From positions 5,053-69,052 of the forward strand of contig DASZWR010000078.1 in the NCBI GenBank assembly GCA_035546215.1: a stretch of 64,000 nt of DNA. Reading direction: 5' to 3'. Each line of letters starts with the position of its first letter. The stretch's first letter is position 1. The notes beneath the pieces are model-generated. The model saw nothing but the letters and a program-made list of their open reading frames with translations. It was not told the DNA's origin and did no database searches. Shown here in pieces: positions 17,552 to 29,928 of the stretch. Made by a program: the position numbers and the translations under genes. This DNA is from Gaiellaceae bacterium (GTDB lineage: Bacteria > Actinomycetota > Thermoleophilia > Gaiellales > Gaiellaceae).

Positions 17552-18432
17552 CCGAGACGCTCACCCAGCCGCGCATGGGCTTCTTCACGGACACGACCGT
17601 CTGCATCGGCTGCAAGGCGTGCGAGGTGGCGTGCAAGGAGTGGAACCTGATCCCCGACGACGGCCTCCGCTGGACCGGCGAGAGCTACGACAACACCTCC
17701 GAGCTGAGCGCGAACACGTGGCGGCACGTGACGTTCGTCGAGCAGCGCAAGCCGCTCAAGCTCGACGGCGAGACGGCGACGGTGGAGACCGACGCGGCCG
17801 CCGCGCCCGAGCCGCTGCGGTGGCTGATGGAGTCGGATGTCTGCAAGCACTGCACGCACGCGGGCTGCCTCGACGTCTGCCCGACAGGCGCGCTCTTCCG
17901 CACCGAGTTCGGCACGGTCGTCGTGCAGGAGGACGTCTGCAACGGCTGCGGCTACTGCGTCCCCGCGTGCCCGTTCGGCGTCATCGACCAGCGCCACCTG
18001 CCGCGCAGCGCCGACGACGCGCCGCTCGCGCTGCCGCTCCTCGGCAAGCAGGAGGACGGCCGCGTCTGGAAGTGCACGCTCTGCTACGACCGCCTGAAGG
18101 GCGGCCACGAGCCGGCCTGCGCGAAGTCGTGCCCGACCGACTCGATCCAGTTCGGCGAGCTCGACGAGCTGCGCGAGCGGGCCGAGCGGCGGCTCGAGAA
18201 GCTGCGCGCCGAGCGGTGGAACGGCGCGCGCCTCTACGGGCACGACCCGGACGACGGCGTCGGCGGCTTCGGCGCGTTCTTCCTGCTGCTCGACGAGCCG
18301 GAGGTCTACGGGCTGCCGCCCGACCCGGTCGTGCCGACGAAGCACCTGCCGCAGCTGTGGCGCACGACCGCGATCGCCGCGACCGCGATGTTCGTCGGCC
18401 TCGCGGCGGCCTTCATCGGAGGGAGCGAATGA
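17548..18432 (+). CDS. fdnH: Formate dehydrogenase iron-sulfur beta subunit (FdnH-like) with C-terminal TM anchor
   Basis: ATGA overlap with the alpha subunit. Four Cys clusters (CIGCKACEVAC, CKHCTHAGC, CNGCGYCVPAC, CTLCYDR...C). C-terminal LWRTTAIAATAMFVGLAAAFIGG. Confidence 0.9.
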   Translation: MTETLTQPRMGFFTDTTVCIGCKACEVACKEWNLIPDDGLRWTGESYDNTSELSANTWRHVTFVEQRKPLKLDGETATVETDAAAAPEPLRWLMESDVCKHCTHAGCLDVCPTGALFRTEFGTVVVQEDVCNGCGYCVPACPFGVIDQRHLPRSADDAPLALPLLGKQEDGRVWKCTLCYDRLKGGHEPACAKSCPTDSIQFGELDELRERAERRLEKLRAERWNGARLYGHDPDDGVGGFGAFFLLLDEPEVYGLPPDPVVPTKHLPQLWRTTAIAATAMFVGLAAAFIGGSE

Positions 18433-19385
18433 CCGGCGTGAACGGCGGGATCACCGCGCGCGGCACGACGATGGACTCCTACTACGGGCGCCCGATCGTC
18501 AAGGAGCCCGTGTGGAACCCGGAGATCCCGGTGTACATGTTCACCGGCGGGATCGCGGGCGCCTCGGCCGTCCTGCACGGGCTCGCGAAGGTGAGCGGCA
18601 ACGAGCGGCTCGCGCGCTCCGCGCTCTTCGTCGGCGCGGCCGCCGACACGCTGAACCCGGTGCTCCTGATCAAGGACCTCGGCCGGCCCGAGCGCTTCCT
18701 GCACATGCTGCGCATGTTCAAGGTCACGTCGCCGATGAGCGTCGGAAGCTGGATCCTGTTCCTGCAGAGCGGCTCGTCGGTCACGTCGGCGACGCTCGAG
18801 CTGCTCGACGTGCTGAGGCCGATCCGGGTCGCGGGCGAGGCGGTGGCGTTTCTCGCGGGGCCGGCGCTCGCCACGTACACGGGCGCGCTGCTCGCGAACA
18901 CCTCGATCCCGGTGTGGAGCGAGGCGCGTGACGAGCTGCCGTGGCTCTTCGGCACGAGCGCCGCCGCGAGCGCGGGCGCCGCCGCAGCCGTCTTCACGCC
19001 CACCGAGTCCGCCGGGCCCGCGCGCCGGGCCGCCGTCGCGGGCGTGGCCGCCGAGCTCGGCGTCATGCAGCTCATGGAGCACCGGCTCGGCTTCGTCGGA
19101 GAGGTCTACCGCCAGGGTCAGGCGGGACGGTTCGGCAGGCTCAGCAAGGCGTGCACCGTCGCCGGGGCCGCGCTCCTCGCAGTCGGAGGGAAGCGGTCGC
19201 GCACGGCGGCGGTCACGGGAGGCGTGCTCGTGCTGGCCGGCGAGCTGGCACTGCGCTGGTCGGTCTTCAAGGCGGGGTTCCAGTCGGCACGGGATCCCCG
19301 CTACACGGTGCTCCCGCAGAAGGAGCGCCTCGCGAAGCGGAAAGGAGAGATGGGGTCATGGCAACCGAAGCGCGCCGGGTCGTAA
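18429..19385 (+). CDS. NrfD/PsrC-type integral membrane subunit of the FDH complex
   Basis: ATGA overlap with the beta subunit. YYGRPIVKEPVWNPEIPVYMFTGGIAGAS is the typical NrfD N-terminus. Multiple TMs. Confidence 0.8.
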   Translation: MTGVNGGITARGTTMDSYYGRPIVKEPVWNPEIPVYMFTGGIAGASAVLHGLAKVSGNERLARSALFVGAAADTLNPVLLIKDLGRPERFLHMLRMFKVTSPMSVGSWILFLQSGSSVTSATLELLDVLRPIRVAGEAVAFLAGPALATYTGALLANTSIPVWSEARDELPWLFGTSAAASAGAAAAVFTPTESAGPARRAAVAGVAAELGVMQLMEHRLGFVGEVYRQGQAGRFGRLSKACTVAGAALLAVGGKRSRTAAVTGGVLVLAGELALRWSVFKAGFQSARDPRYTVLPQKERLAKRKGEMGSWQPKRAGS

Positions 19386-20107
19386 CAGTCGAGAGAGGGA
19401 CCGAGTGGGAGGACGGGTTCGCGCGGCCGCGGGTGATGCTGCAGCCGTACGCGGCGCCCTCCGTGCTCGGCCTGTTCGGGTTCGCGTCGGCGACGTTCAT
19501 GGTCGCCCTGCACCTGACGGGCGTCTACGGCGGGTCGACCGCGAACTACACGCTGTGGCCGTTCGCCGCGCTGTTCGGCGGCGTCGGCCAGTTCACGGCG
19601 GGGATGTGGGCGTTCCGCGTCCGCGACACCGTCGCCACGGCGATGCACGGCATGTGGGGCTCGTTCTGGATCGCCTTCGGGATCCTCAACCTGCTGCAGA
19701 TGTTCGGGAAGCTCCCGGCGCACGCCCCGGGATCCGTGTCCGACCCGCAGTTCGCGATGTGGTTCTACACGCTCGCTGCGATCACGGCGGCGGGAGCGCT
19801 GGCGGCCCTCGCGGAGAACCTGGCGCTGTTCTCGGTCCTCGCGACCCTGGCCACGGGCTCCGCGCTGTTCGCGGTCGGGCTCTCGGTGGCGGGGCCGAAC
19901 TGGGTCAAGGTCGCGGGCTGGGTGTTCGTGGCCTCGGCGATCCTCGCCTGGTACACGGCCACGGCGATCATGCTCCTCTCGAGCGCCGGGAAGACGATCC
20001 TGCCGCTCGGGAAGCCGTCGAACGCGGACGCGAACGTCCCGGGCCACGAGCCCACGCACACGATCCAGCTCGCGTGGGCCGAGCCGGGCGTCAAGAAGGG
20101 GCAGTAG
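19358..20107 (+). CDS. GPR1/FUN34/YaaH (AceTr/SatP) family carboxylate channel
   Basis: SD AAAGGAGAG. AAPSVLGLFGFA approximates the NPAPLGL signature. Six hydrophobic helices. 28-nt overlap with the NrfD-like gene. Confidence 0.8.
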   Translation: MATEARRVVTVERGTEWEDGFARPRVMLQPYAAPSVLGLFGFASATFMVALHLTGVYGGSTANYTLWPFAALFGGVGQFTAGMWAFRVRDTVATAMHGMWGSFWIAFGILNLLQMFGKLPAHAPGSVSDPQFAMWFYTLAAITAAGALAALAENLALFSVLATLATGSALFAVGLSVAGPNWVKVAGWVFVASAILAWYTATAIMLLSSAGKTILPLGKPSNADANVPGHEPTHTIQLAWAEPGVKKGQ

Positions 20108-20111
20108 CGGC

Positions 20112-20660
20112 GTGAGCGCGATCCCCGGCAAGGCGCCCGCCGTCAACCTGCCGCCACAGGTCGAGGACGCGCGCGAGCTGCTCCTGGAGGAGCTCGCGCG
20201 CCTCCTCAGCGTCGAGGAGACGCTGGCGAAGCTCGTGCTGCCGGAGCTCCTCCGCGAGGTGGAGGACGACGGCCTCGCCCGTGCGATCGCGGAGCACCTC
20301 ACCGAGACGCGCGGGCACGCGGGCCGCGTCAAGGAGGCGTTCCTGGCGCTCGGCGTCGCACCGTTCGGCCGTCCCGCGTACGGGCTCGACGGCCTGCGCA
20401 CCGAGCACAAGACGGCCGCGCCGAAGGTCGTGCCCGGCGCGCGCACCGCCGTGCACGTCGCCGCGGCGATGGGGACGGAGCACTACGAGATCAACGCGTA
20501 CGAGGCGGCGATTCGCCTCGCGGACGCGTTGGGGGCGGAGGACGTCGGGGGGCTCCTCCGCGCCAACCTGGAGCAGGAGGTCCATGCGCTCCAGACGCTC
20601 GGGAGGGAGGCGGACCGGATCGCGCAGGACGCGGCCGGGCAGCGCACCTACGAGCCGTAG
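20112..20660 (+). CDS. DUF892 / YciE-YciF ferritin-like protein
   Basis: LLLEELARLLSVEETLAKLVLPEL...EHLTETRGHAGRVKEAF...TEHYEINAYEAAIRLA is the characteristic DUF892 pattern. Confidence 0.8.
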   Translation: MSAIPGKAPAVNLPPQVEDARELLLEELARLLSVEETLAKLVLPELLREVEDDGLARAIAEHLTETRGHAGRVKEAFLALGVAPFGRPAYGLDGLRTEHKTAAPKVVPGARTAVHVAAAMGTEHYEINAYEAAIRLADALGAEDVGGLLRANLEQEVHALQTLGREADRIAQDAAGQRTYEP

Positions 20661-20664
20661 GCGG

Positions 20665-20687
20665 CAGGGCGGCGCTCAGCCGCCCTG
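20665..20687. terminator. Hairpin at convergent gene ends (candidate bidirectional terminator)
   Basis: CAGGGCGGC-GCTCA-GCCGCCCTG: 9-bp perfect stem followed by the T-rich TTCCGCCTTCTGCTTCTTCTGC. The loop contains the stop codon of the minus-strand gene. Confidence 0.4.
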
Positions 20688-21056
20688 TTCCGCCTTCTGC
20701 TTCTTCTGCTCGCTCGCCGCCTGCTCGATCGCCTGCTGCGGCGGGTTCTGCCGCGGCGCGTCGTGGCGGACGCGGCCGGTGTCCTTCGGGAACGGCGTCA
20801 GGTAGTCGGGGCCGCCGGGCGGCTCGCCGCTCTCCGGGACCGGGGTCCGCGGCTCGGGGGCCGGCGCGGTCGGCACGAGCGTCAGCAGCTCACCGACCTC
20901 GTCGAGCCGGCCGTACTGCCGGTTGGGCAGGCCCTCCAGGTCGCCGACGACAGACGGCTGCTGCTCCCCGGCGTAGCCGACGAGGTCAGCCTTCCCGGCC
21001 GGGAGCTCCACGCCTTCGAGGACCGCCTGGACGAGGGCTGCGCGCTGGGTGTCCAT
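20676..21056 (-). CDS. DUF2795 domain protein
   Basis: N-terminal AVLEGVELPAGKADLVGYA matches DUF2795. Pro-rich linker and basic/Q-rich tail. Confidence 0.7.
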   Translation of the reverse strand: MDTQRAALVQAVLEGVELPAGKADLVGYAGEQQPSVVGDLEGLPNRQYGRLDEVGELLTLVPTAPAPEPRTPVPESGEPPGGPDYLTPFPKDTGRVRHDAPRQNPPQQAIEQAASEQKKQKAEQGG

Positions 21057-21088
21057 GCGTCCGGACTACCCGGATCGGCGCTCCCGAA

Positions 21089-21781
21089 TCAGGCGAGCTC
21101 GCGCGCCTCGAGGCGTTCTTCGCCGTCGCGCGTCACGCGGTAGGCGGCCGCGCCCGGGCGGCACGTGACGACCTCGGCCAGGTCCGTGCCGGCGTAGTGC
21201 AGCCCCACACCGTCGTCCGCGGCGATCCCCTCGCGCAGCCCGCCGTCGATCAGCTCGCGGTAACGCGGGCGGCGGCGCTCCTCGCCGTCGTAGTGCGGGC
21301 AGGCGCTCCCCGGCAGGAAGCCGAGGCAGTCCATGGCCTCGAGCTGCGGTCCGAACGAGTCGGTGACGCCGGCCTCGAACCAGCAGATCATTCCGGCGCT
21401 CGCGCCGAAGAGGACGATGCCGCTCTCCCACGCCTGGCGCAGCAGCGCGTCGATGCCGTGGACGCGCCAGATCGCCAGCATGTTCGCGGTGTTGCCGCCG
21501 CTCACGCAGATCGCGTCCTGGGAGAGGATGCGCTCGCGCAGGTCGGCCGGCGGCCACGGGAACGTCGAGAGATGGGCCGGCTCCGTGCGCTCGCGGAAGG
21601 TGTCGTAGAAGGTGATGACGCCCTCGGCGGTGTGCACCGAGTCCGCGACCGCCGTCGGCAGGTAGAGCACCCTGGGGCGCTCTTTCCCGGTCAGGCCGAG
21701 GACGTAGTCGTACAGACGGAGCGTCTGCTCGCTCTCGTCCCCGCCTCCGCCCATGCCGACGATGTGCCGCTCCCCGGCCAC
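21089..21781 (-). CDS. Peptidase family S51 (dipeptidase E-like)
   Basis: ICVSGGNTANML and FGASAGMICWFE motifs (Ser nucleophile context) typical of S51. Confidence 0.8.
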   Translation of the reverse strand: MAGERHIVGMGGGGDESEQTLRLYDYVLGLTGKERPRVLYLPTAVADSVHTAEGVITFYDTFRERTEPAHLSTFPWPPADLRERILSQDAICVSGGNTANMLAIWRVHGIDALLRQAWESGIVLFGASAGMICWFEAGVTDSFGPQLEAMDCLGFLPGSACPHYDGEERRRPRYRELIDGGLREGIAADDGVGLHYAGTDLAEVVTCRPGAAAYRVTRDGEERLEARELA

Positions 21782-21824
21782 GGCAGAAGTTTTACCGGGA
21801 TGCGGCGAAGGTACGCCCTGCAGC

Positions 21825-22760
21825 GTGAAGATCGGCTACTGGCTCTCGTCCGAGGAGCACGACCCCGGTGAGCTCGTGCGGAACGCGGTGCGGGCGGAGG
21901 AGGCCGGCTTCGAGCACGTCCTCATCTCCGACCACATCCACCCCTGGGTCGACGCGCAGGGGCACAGCCCGTTCGTGTGGGGCGTCATCGGCGCGATCGC
22001 CCAGGCGACGCAGCGGATCCGCCTCGGCACCGCGGTGACGTGCCCGCTGCTCCGGGTGCATCCGGCGATCGTGGCGCACGCCGCGGCGACCGCGCAGTCG
22101 CTGATGGACGGGCGCTTCTTCCTCGGCGTCGGCACCGGCGAGAACCTCAACGAGCACGTGCTCGGGGGCCGCTGGCCGCGCGCGGACGAGCGCCTCGAGA
22201 TGCTCGACGAGGCGATCGACGTCATCCGCAAGCTCTTCGGCGGCGAGTACGAGACGTTCCGCGGCAAGCACTACACCGTCGAGCAGCTGAAGCTCTACGA
22301 CGCGCCGAAGGACGCGCCGCCGATCGTCGTCGCAGCGGCGGCCGCGAACGCCGCGGAGCTCGCGGCCGCCAAGGGCGACGGCACGATGAACACCACGCCC
22401 GACGCGGAGATCGTCGAGCAGTACAGGGCCGCGGGCGGCACGGGCCCGATCTACGGCAAGGTCACCGGCTGCTTCGCGCCCGACGCGGAGACGGCGCGGA
22501 AGATCGCCCTCGAGCGCCAGCCGAACGTCGCGATGGGCGGCTCGCTGTCGCAGGAGCTCCCACTGCCGCGCGACTTCGAAGCGGTGGCGGAGCTCGTCCG
22601 CCCCGACGACCTCGAGGGGTCGCTCGTGCTGGGCAGCGACCCGACGATGTGGCGCGAGAAGATCGACGAGTACGAGCGCGCGGGCTTCACCCACGTCTGC
22701 CTGCACGACGTCGGCGTGAACCAGGCGGAGTTCGTCGACTTCGCGCAGCGGCTGCTGTGA
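21825..22760 (+). CDS. LLM-class (luciferase-like) F420-dependent oxidoreductase
   Basis: GTG at 21825 gives VKIGYWLSSEEH...HVLISDHIHPW...GVGTGENLNEHV, which looks like the TIGR03557-type family. Confidence 0.8.
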   Translation: MKIGYWLSSEEHDPGELVRNAVRAEEAGFEHVLISDHIHPWVDAQGHSPFVWGVIGAIAQATQRIRLGTAVTCPLLRVHPAIVAHAAATAQSLMDGRFFLGVGTGENLNEHVLGGRWPRADERLEMLDEAIDVIRKLFGGEYETFRGKHYTVEQLKLYDAPKDAPPIVVAAAAANAAELAAAKGDGTMNTTPDAEIVEQYRAAGGTGPIYGKVTGCFAPDAETARKIALERQPNVAMGGSLSQELPLPRDFEAVAELVRPDDLEGSLVLGSDPTMWREKIDEYERAGFTHVCLHDVGVNQAEFVDFAQRLL

Positions 22761-22792
22761 GGCGCCCTACGGCATCTCGCTAGGATCGACGT

Positions 22793-25497
<2,705 letters not shown>

Positions 25498-25498
<1 letters not shown>

Positions 25499-26007
25499 TC
25501 GTCACCGGCCCGCCGGGCGCGGGCAAGACGACGCTGGCGCGCGCGCTCGCGGAGGAGCTCCCGGCGCCGCTCGTCGAGAAGGACGCGTACAAGGAGCTGC
25601 TCGGAGGCGCCCTCGGGATCACGGAGCGTTCCGAGTCGCATCGGCTCGGGGCCGCGGTCTTCGAGCTGATGACGCACGTCGCCCACGACCTGCTGCGGCG
25701 CGGCGTGCCGGCCGTGGCGGAAGGGAACTTCACCGCACGCTCGTCGCTCTTCGTCGACCTTCCGCCCTGCCGGCTCGTCCAGGTGCACGTCTCGGCGGCG
25801 CCCGACGTCCTCCGCGAGCGCTTACGGTCGCGTGGGCCGGGCCGGCATCCCGTGCACTACGACGGCGACGCCGTCGACGAGGTCGCGGAGCGGGCGCGGG
25901 CCGGTGAGTGGCCGCCGCTGCCGCTCGACGGAGCGCTGATCGAGCTCGACACGACGGACGGCTTCCCGGACGCGCGTTCGATCGTCTCCCGATCTGTTTT
26001 CGGCTGA
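25498..26007 (+). CDS. P-loop NTPase/kinase (AAA_33-like); start codon unresolved
   Basis: In-frame VVTGPPGAGKTTLARALAEEL (Walker A) starts at the G of the acnA TAG (GTC at 25498). The first canonical in-frame ATG is 25669, downstream of the P-loop. Confidence 0.55.
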
Positions 26008-26034
26008 TCGGCCCGGGTACGTCAGTGCCCGGGG

Positions 26035-27042
26035 ATGACGCCTCGGACGCGCCACGCTCGACTGCTGCCGCTCGTCGGTCTCGTCGCGGTCCTGACGGGC
26101 TGCAACGAGGAGCAGTCGTCGCTCGCGCCGCGCAGCCACGCCGCGAGCGACATCGCGAGCCTCTTCTGGTGGATGATGGGCGTCTCCTGGCTCGGGCTCG
26201 GCGTCGTCGTGTGCCTGATGCTGCTCGCCTGGCGGCGCGCGCACCGCCGGCCGGGGCACGAGCCGAAGGAGGGCGAGCAGCTCGCCTTCCGCATCGTGAT
26301 CGGCGCGGGGATCGTCTTCCCGATCGTGCTGATCGCGGCGCTGTTCGTGATCTCCGACATCTTCGTCATCAAGACGACGCAGGCGCCCGCGAAGGAGGCG
26401 ACGCGCCTGACCGTCGAGGTGATCGGCCACCAGTGGTGGTGGGAGGTCCGCTACCCGGGCACGACGGCGGTCACCGCGAACGAGATCCACATCCCGGTGC
26501 GCACGCCCGTGCGCCTCGAGGTGCGCACGGCGGACGTGATCCACAGCTTCTGGGTGCCGCGCCTCAACCGGACGATCGACACGATGCCCGGCCGCACGAA
26601 CGCGATCGAGCTGTACGCCGACGCGGTCGGCCGCTACCGCGGCCAGTGCGACGAGTTCTGCGGGCTCCAGCACGCGCACATGGGGTTCTACGTCTTCGCC
26701 GACCCGCCGGCGACGTTCCGCGCGTGGCTCGCGAACCAGGAACGGCCGGCGCGGACGTCCTCCGGCCTCGCGGGCCGCGGCCGGCAGGTCTTCATGAGCG
26801 CCTCCTGCGAGACCTGCCACACGATCCGCGGCACGCAGGCGACGAGCGACGTCGGGCCTGACCTCACCCACGTCGCGTCGCGCACGACGCTCGGCGCGCT
26901 CACCGTCCCGAACGACCGGAGCCACCTCGCGCGCTGGATCACCGATTCGCAAGCGCTGAAGCCGGGCAACCAGATGCCCGACATGCAGCTCCCCGGCTCC
27001 CAGGTGCGTGCCCTCGTCGCCTACCTGGAGGGGCTGCGCTGA
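26035..27042 (+). CDS. ctaC: Cytochrome c oxidase subunit II with fused C-terminal cytochrome c domain
   Basis: Lipobox LTGC, two TMs, CuA site CDEFCGLQHAHM, then heme-c motif CETCH...QMP. Confidence 0.9.
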   Translation: MTPRTRHARLLPLVGLVAVLTGCNEEQSSLAPRSHAASDIASLFWWMMGVSWLGLGVVVCLMLLAWRRAHRRPGHEPKEGEQLAFRIVIGAGIVFPIVLIAALFVISDIFVIKTTQAPAKEATRLTVEVIGHQWWWEVRYPGTTAVTANEIHIPVRTPVRLEVRTADVIHSFWVPRLNRTIDTMPGRTNAIELYADAVGRYRGQCDEFCGLQHAHMGFYVFADPPATFRAWLANQERPARTSSGLAGRGRQVFMSASCETCHTIRGTQATSDVGPDLTHVASRTTLGALTVPNDRSHLARWITDSQALKPGNQMPDMQLPGSQVRALVAYLEGLR

Positions 27043-28940
27043 TGGTCGCGGGAGCCGAGCGCGTCGAGCGCGTCGAGCTGCTCGAGCAGATGTGGGAGGG
27101 CCGCCCGGGCATCCTCGGCTGGTTCACGACGACCGACCACAAGAAGATCGGCCTCCTCTACTTCTGGACGACGCTCGTCCTCTTCGGCGCCGGCGGCGTC
27201 GAGGCGCTGCTGATGCGCACGCAGCTTGCCCAGCCGAACCTGCACGTCGTCTCCCCGAGCACCTACGACGAGCTCTTCACCTTGCACGGGATGACGATGA
27301 TCTTCTTCTTCATCATCCCGATGACGACGGGGGCGTTCGGCAACTACCTGCTCCCGCTGATGATCGGCGCGCGCGACATGGCGTTCCCGCGCATGAACGC
27401 GCTGTCGTACTGGATCTTCCTCGGCTCGGCGATCTTCCTCTACGTGAGCCTCGCGCTCGGCGTCGCGCCCGACGCCGGCTGGTTCGACTACGTGCCGCTC
27501 GCGAACCACCGGTTCAACCCGGGCCGGAACATCGACTTCTACTGCCTGGCGATCATCTTCAACAGCATCGCGTCGACGCTGACGGCCGCGCAGTTCATCG
27601 TCACGATCTTCAAGTCGCGCGCGCCGGGCATGTCGTTCAACCGCATGCCGCTCTTCTGCTTCGCGTTCCTCGCCGCGTCGGCCGGCCTGCTGTTCGCGCT
27701 GCCGCTCCTCTCCGCGGACACGATCTTCCTGTTCCTCGACCGGAACGTCGGGACGCACTTCTTCGACGTCGCGCACGGCGGCTCCGCGTTCCTCTGGCAG
27801 CACCTCTTCTGGATGTTCGGCCACCCGGAGGTGTACATCCTGATCGTCCCCGCGTTCGGGATCGCCACCGAGATCATCCCGGCGTTCACGCAGCGGCGGG
27901 TGACCGCGTTCCCGCTCGTCGCGATCGCCGAGCTGCTCGTCGTCTTCATCGGCTTCGGCGTGTGGGCGCACCACATGTACGCGACGGGGATGCCGACGAT
28001 CACCGCCGTCTTCTTCGGCGCGGCGACGGCGATGGTGATCATCCCGTCGACCATCCAGGTGTTCGCCTGGTGCATGACGATGGTGCTCGGCACGGCGGAG
28101 TTCCGGACGCCGCTCCTCTTCATCGCCGGCTTCATCTTCATGTTCGTGATGGGCGGCCTCACCGGGATCATGTTCGTGGCGATCCCGTTCGACCAGACGG
28201 TCACCGACACGTACTTCGTGATCGCCCACTTCCACTACATCATCTTCGGCGCGGCCGTCTTCCCGATCTTCGGCGGGATGTACTACTGGTTCCCGAAGGT
28301 CACCGGGAAGCTGTATTTCGAACGGCCCGGCCAGATCAGCTTCTGGGTGCTGTTCGTCGGCACGAACCTCCTCTTCTTCCCGATGCACATCGTCGGGCTG
28401 CTCGGGATGCCGCGGCGGAACTACACGTACCCGTCCGACCTCGGCTGGAGCTCGTACAACCTCGCCGAGACGATCGGCGGCTACATCACCGCCGCCGGGA
28501 TCCTGCTGCTGATCGGCAACCTCTTCTGGAGCTACTTCCGCGGGCCGGACGCGGGCCCCGACCCGTGGCACGGCGCCACCCTCGAATGGACGACGAGCTC
28601 GCCGCCACCGCCGTACAACTACGCCGTCATCCCGAAGGTCTCGAGCGCGTACGCGAACTGGGACAAGGCCGACCGCGCAGCCGACCGCGAGAAGCTCGCG
28701 CGCGGCATCCTCGTGCTGCAGGCGGGCCACCAGCAGGTCGAGGTGACGCCGGTCGACGGCACCCTCGACCAGATCGTCGAGATGCCGCACGAGTCGCCGT
28801 GGCCGCCGCTGCTCGCGCTCTCGCTGCTGCTCGTATTCAGCGCGCTCGTGCTCGGCAAGTTCGGGCTGGCCGGGATCTTCGGCATCGCCGCGGTGCTGAC
28901 GCTCTTCGGCTGGCACTCCAGGGAGCCGCAGGAGTCGTGA
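27042..28940 (+). CDS. ctaD: Cytochrome c oxidase subunit I with about 80-aa C-terminal extension (2 extra TMs)
   Basis: GMTMIFFFIIP, WAHHMY and HFHYIIFG motifs. TGATG junction with ctaC. C-terminal PLLALSLLLVFSALVLGKFGLAGIFGIAAVLTLFGW. Confidence 0.95.
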   Translation: MVAGAERVERVELLEQMWEGRPGILGWFTTTDHKKIGLLYFWTTLVLFGAGGVEALLMRTQLAQPNLHVVSPSTYDELFTLHGMTMIFFFIIPMTTGAFGNYLLPLMIGARDMAFPRMNALSYWIFLGSAIFLYVSLALGVAPDAGWFDYVPLANHRFNPGRNIDFYCLAIIFNSIASTLTAAQFIVTIFKSRAPGMSFNRMPLFCFAFLAASAGLLFALPLLSADTIFLFLDRNVGTHFFDVAHGGSAFLWQHLFWMFGHPEVYILIVPAFGIATEIIPAFTQRRVTAFPLVAIAELLVVFIGFGVWAHHMYATGMPTITAVFFGAATAMVIIPSTIQVFAWCMTMVLGTAEFRTPLLFIAGFIFMFVMGGLTGIMFVAIPFDQTVTDTYFVIAHFHYIIFGAAVFPIFGGMYYWFPKVTGKLYFERPGQISFWVLFVGTNLLFFPMHIVGLLGMPRRNYTYPSDLGWSSYNLAETIGGYITAAGILLLIGNLFWSYFRGPDAGPDPWHGATLEWTTSSPPPPYNYAVIPKVSSAYANWDKADRAADREKLARGILVLQAGHQQVEVTPVDGTLDQIVEMPHESPWPPLLALSLLLVFSALVLGKFGLAGIFGIAAVLTLFGWHSREPQES

Positions 28941-29527
28941 CCGACTACGCCGCAGCGACGATCGCCCGCCGCACCGGCCCGCCCGCAGCGTGGTGGGGGA
29001 TGCTGATGCTGATCGCGAGCGAGGGCGTGCTCTTCGCCGCGTTCATCGGCACGTTCTTCTACCTCCGCTTCAACGACCCGGCGTGGCCGCCGCCCGGCGA
29101 CCCGGAGCCGAAGGTCGTGGTGCCGCTCATCATGGTCGCCGTCCTGACGACGACGAGCCCGCTCATGCACGCGGCGTGGCGCGCGGTGCGCGACGGCCGG
29201 GTCGCCTCGGTGCGCCTCTTCCTCGTCGCGTCGCTCGTCGTGCAGAGCGGCTACTTCGCGTACGAGGTCCACGACTTCGCCGACCAGGTCCACCGGACCC
29301 CGATCTCGACCGACGCGTACACCTCGGCCCACTTCGTGCTGCTCGGCGCCGACCACGGGCACGTCTTCGTCGGGATCCTCTTCAACCTCTGGCTGCTCTG
29401 GAAGCTTGCGCGCGGCATCACGCCGTACCGCGCGAACGCGCTGCAGGCGATCGCGCTGTACTGGCACTTCGTCGTCATCCTCACCTGGGCGGTCACGGGG
29501 GCCGTCCTGTCGGCGGCGGTCGGATGA
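28937..29527 (+). CDS. ctaE: Cytochrome c oxidase subunit III
   Basis: GTGA overlap with ctaD. WWGMLMLIASEGVLFAAFI...HFVLLGADHGHVFVGI...LYWHFVVILW-like motifs. Confidence 0.85.
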   Translation: MTDYAAATIARRTGPPAAWWGMLMLIASEGVLFAAFIGTFFYLRFNDPAWPPPGDPEPKVVVPLIMVAVLTTTSPLMHAAWRAVRDGRVASVRLFLVASLVVQSGYFAYEVHDFADQVHRTPISTDAYTSAHFVLLGADHGHVFVGILFNLWLLWKLARGITPYRANALQAIALYWHFVVILTWAVTGAVLSAAVG

Positions 29528-29928
29528 GGCTCCGGCGCCTCGCACGCCTCCAGTGGGTCGGCCTCCTGCTCGGGGCGATCACGTGGACGACCGCGCACCT
29601 CGCGGGCATCGGCATCACGCAGGCCGAGTGCAACGCGACCGGGACGACGCGCTGGGGGCTCTCGAACCCGACGTGGCAGGGAACGGTGCTCGGCGTCTCC
29701 GTCGCCTTCATCCTGCTCGCGGAGATCTGCGCGGTGCTCGTCTTCACGCGCACCCGCGGCTTCGAGTTCGGCGACGGCCCGCCGGTCGAGGGCGTCGAGG
29801 GCGAGCGCAAGCCGACCCGCATCCACTTCTTCAGCGCGGCCGCCGTCGCGGCCAACGCGATCTTCCTGATGATCGTGCTGCTCGACGGGATCGCGAACCT
29901 CTTCGACATCGCGTGCAGGCAGTCGTGA
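29524..29928 (+). CDS. Hypothetical 3-TM membrane protein embedded in the cta-qcr operon (ORF X)
   Basis: ATGA overlap upstream and GTGA overlap downstream. High GC3. No family recognised. Confidence 0.6.
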   Translation: MRLRRLARLQWVGLLLGAITWTTAHLAGIGITQAECNATGTTRWGLSNPTWQGTVLGVSVAFILLAEICAVLVFTRTRGFEFGDGPPVEGVEGERKPTRIHFFSAAAVAANAIFLMIVLLDGIANLFDIACRQS

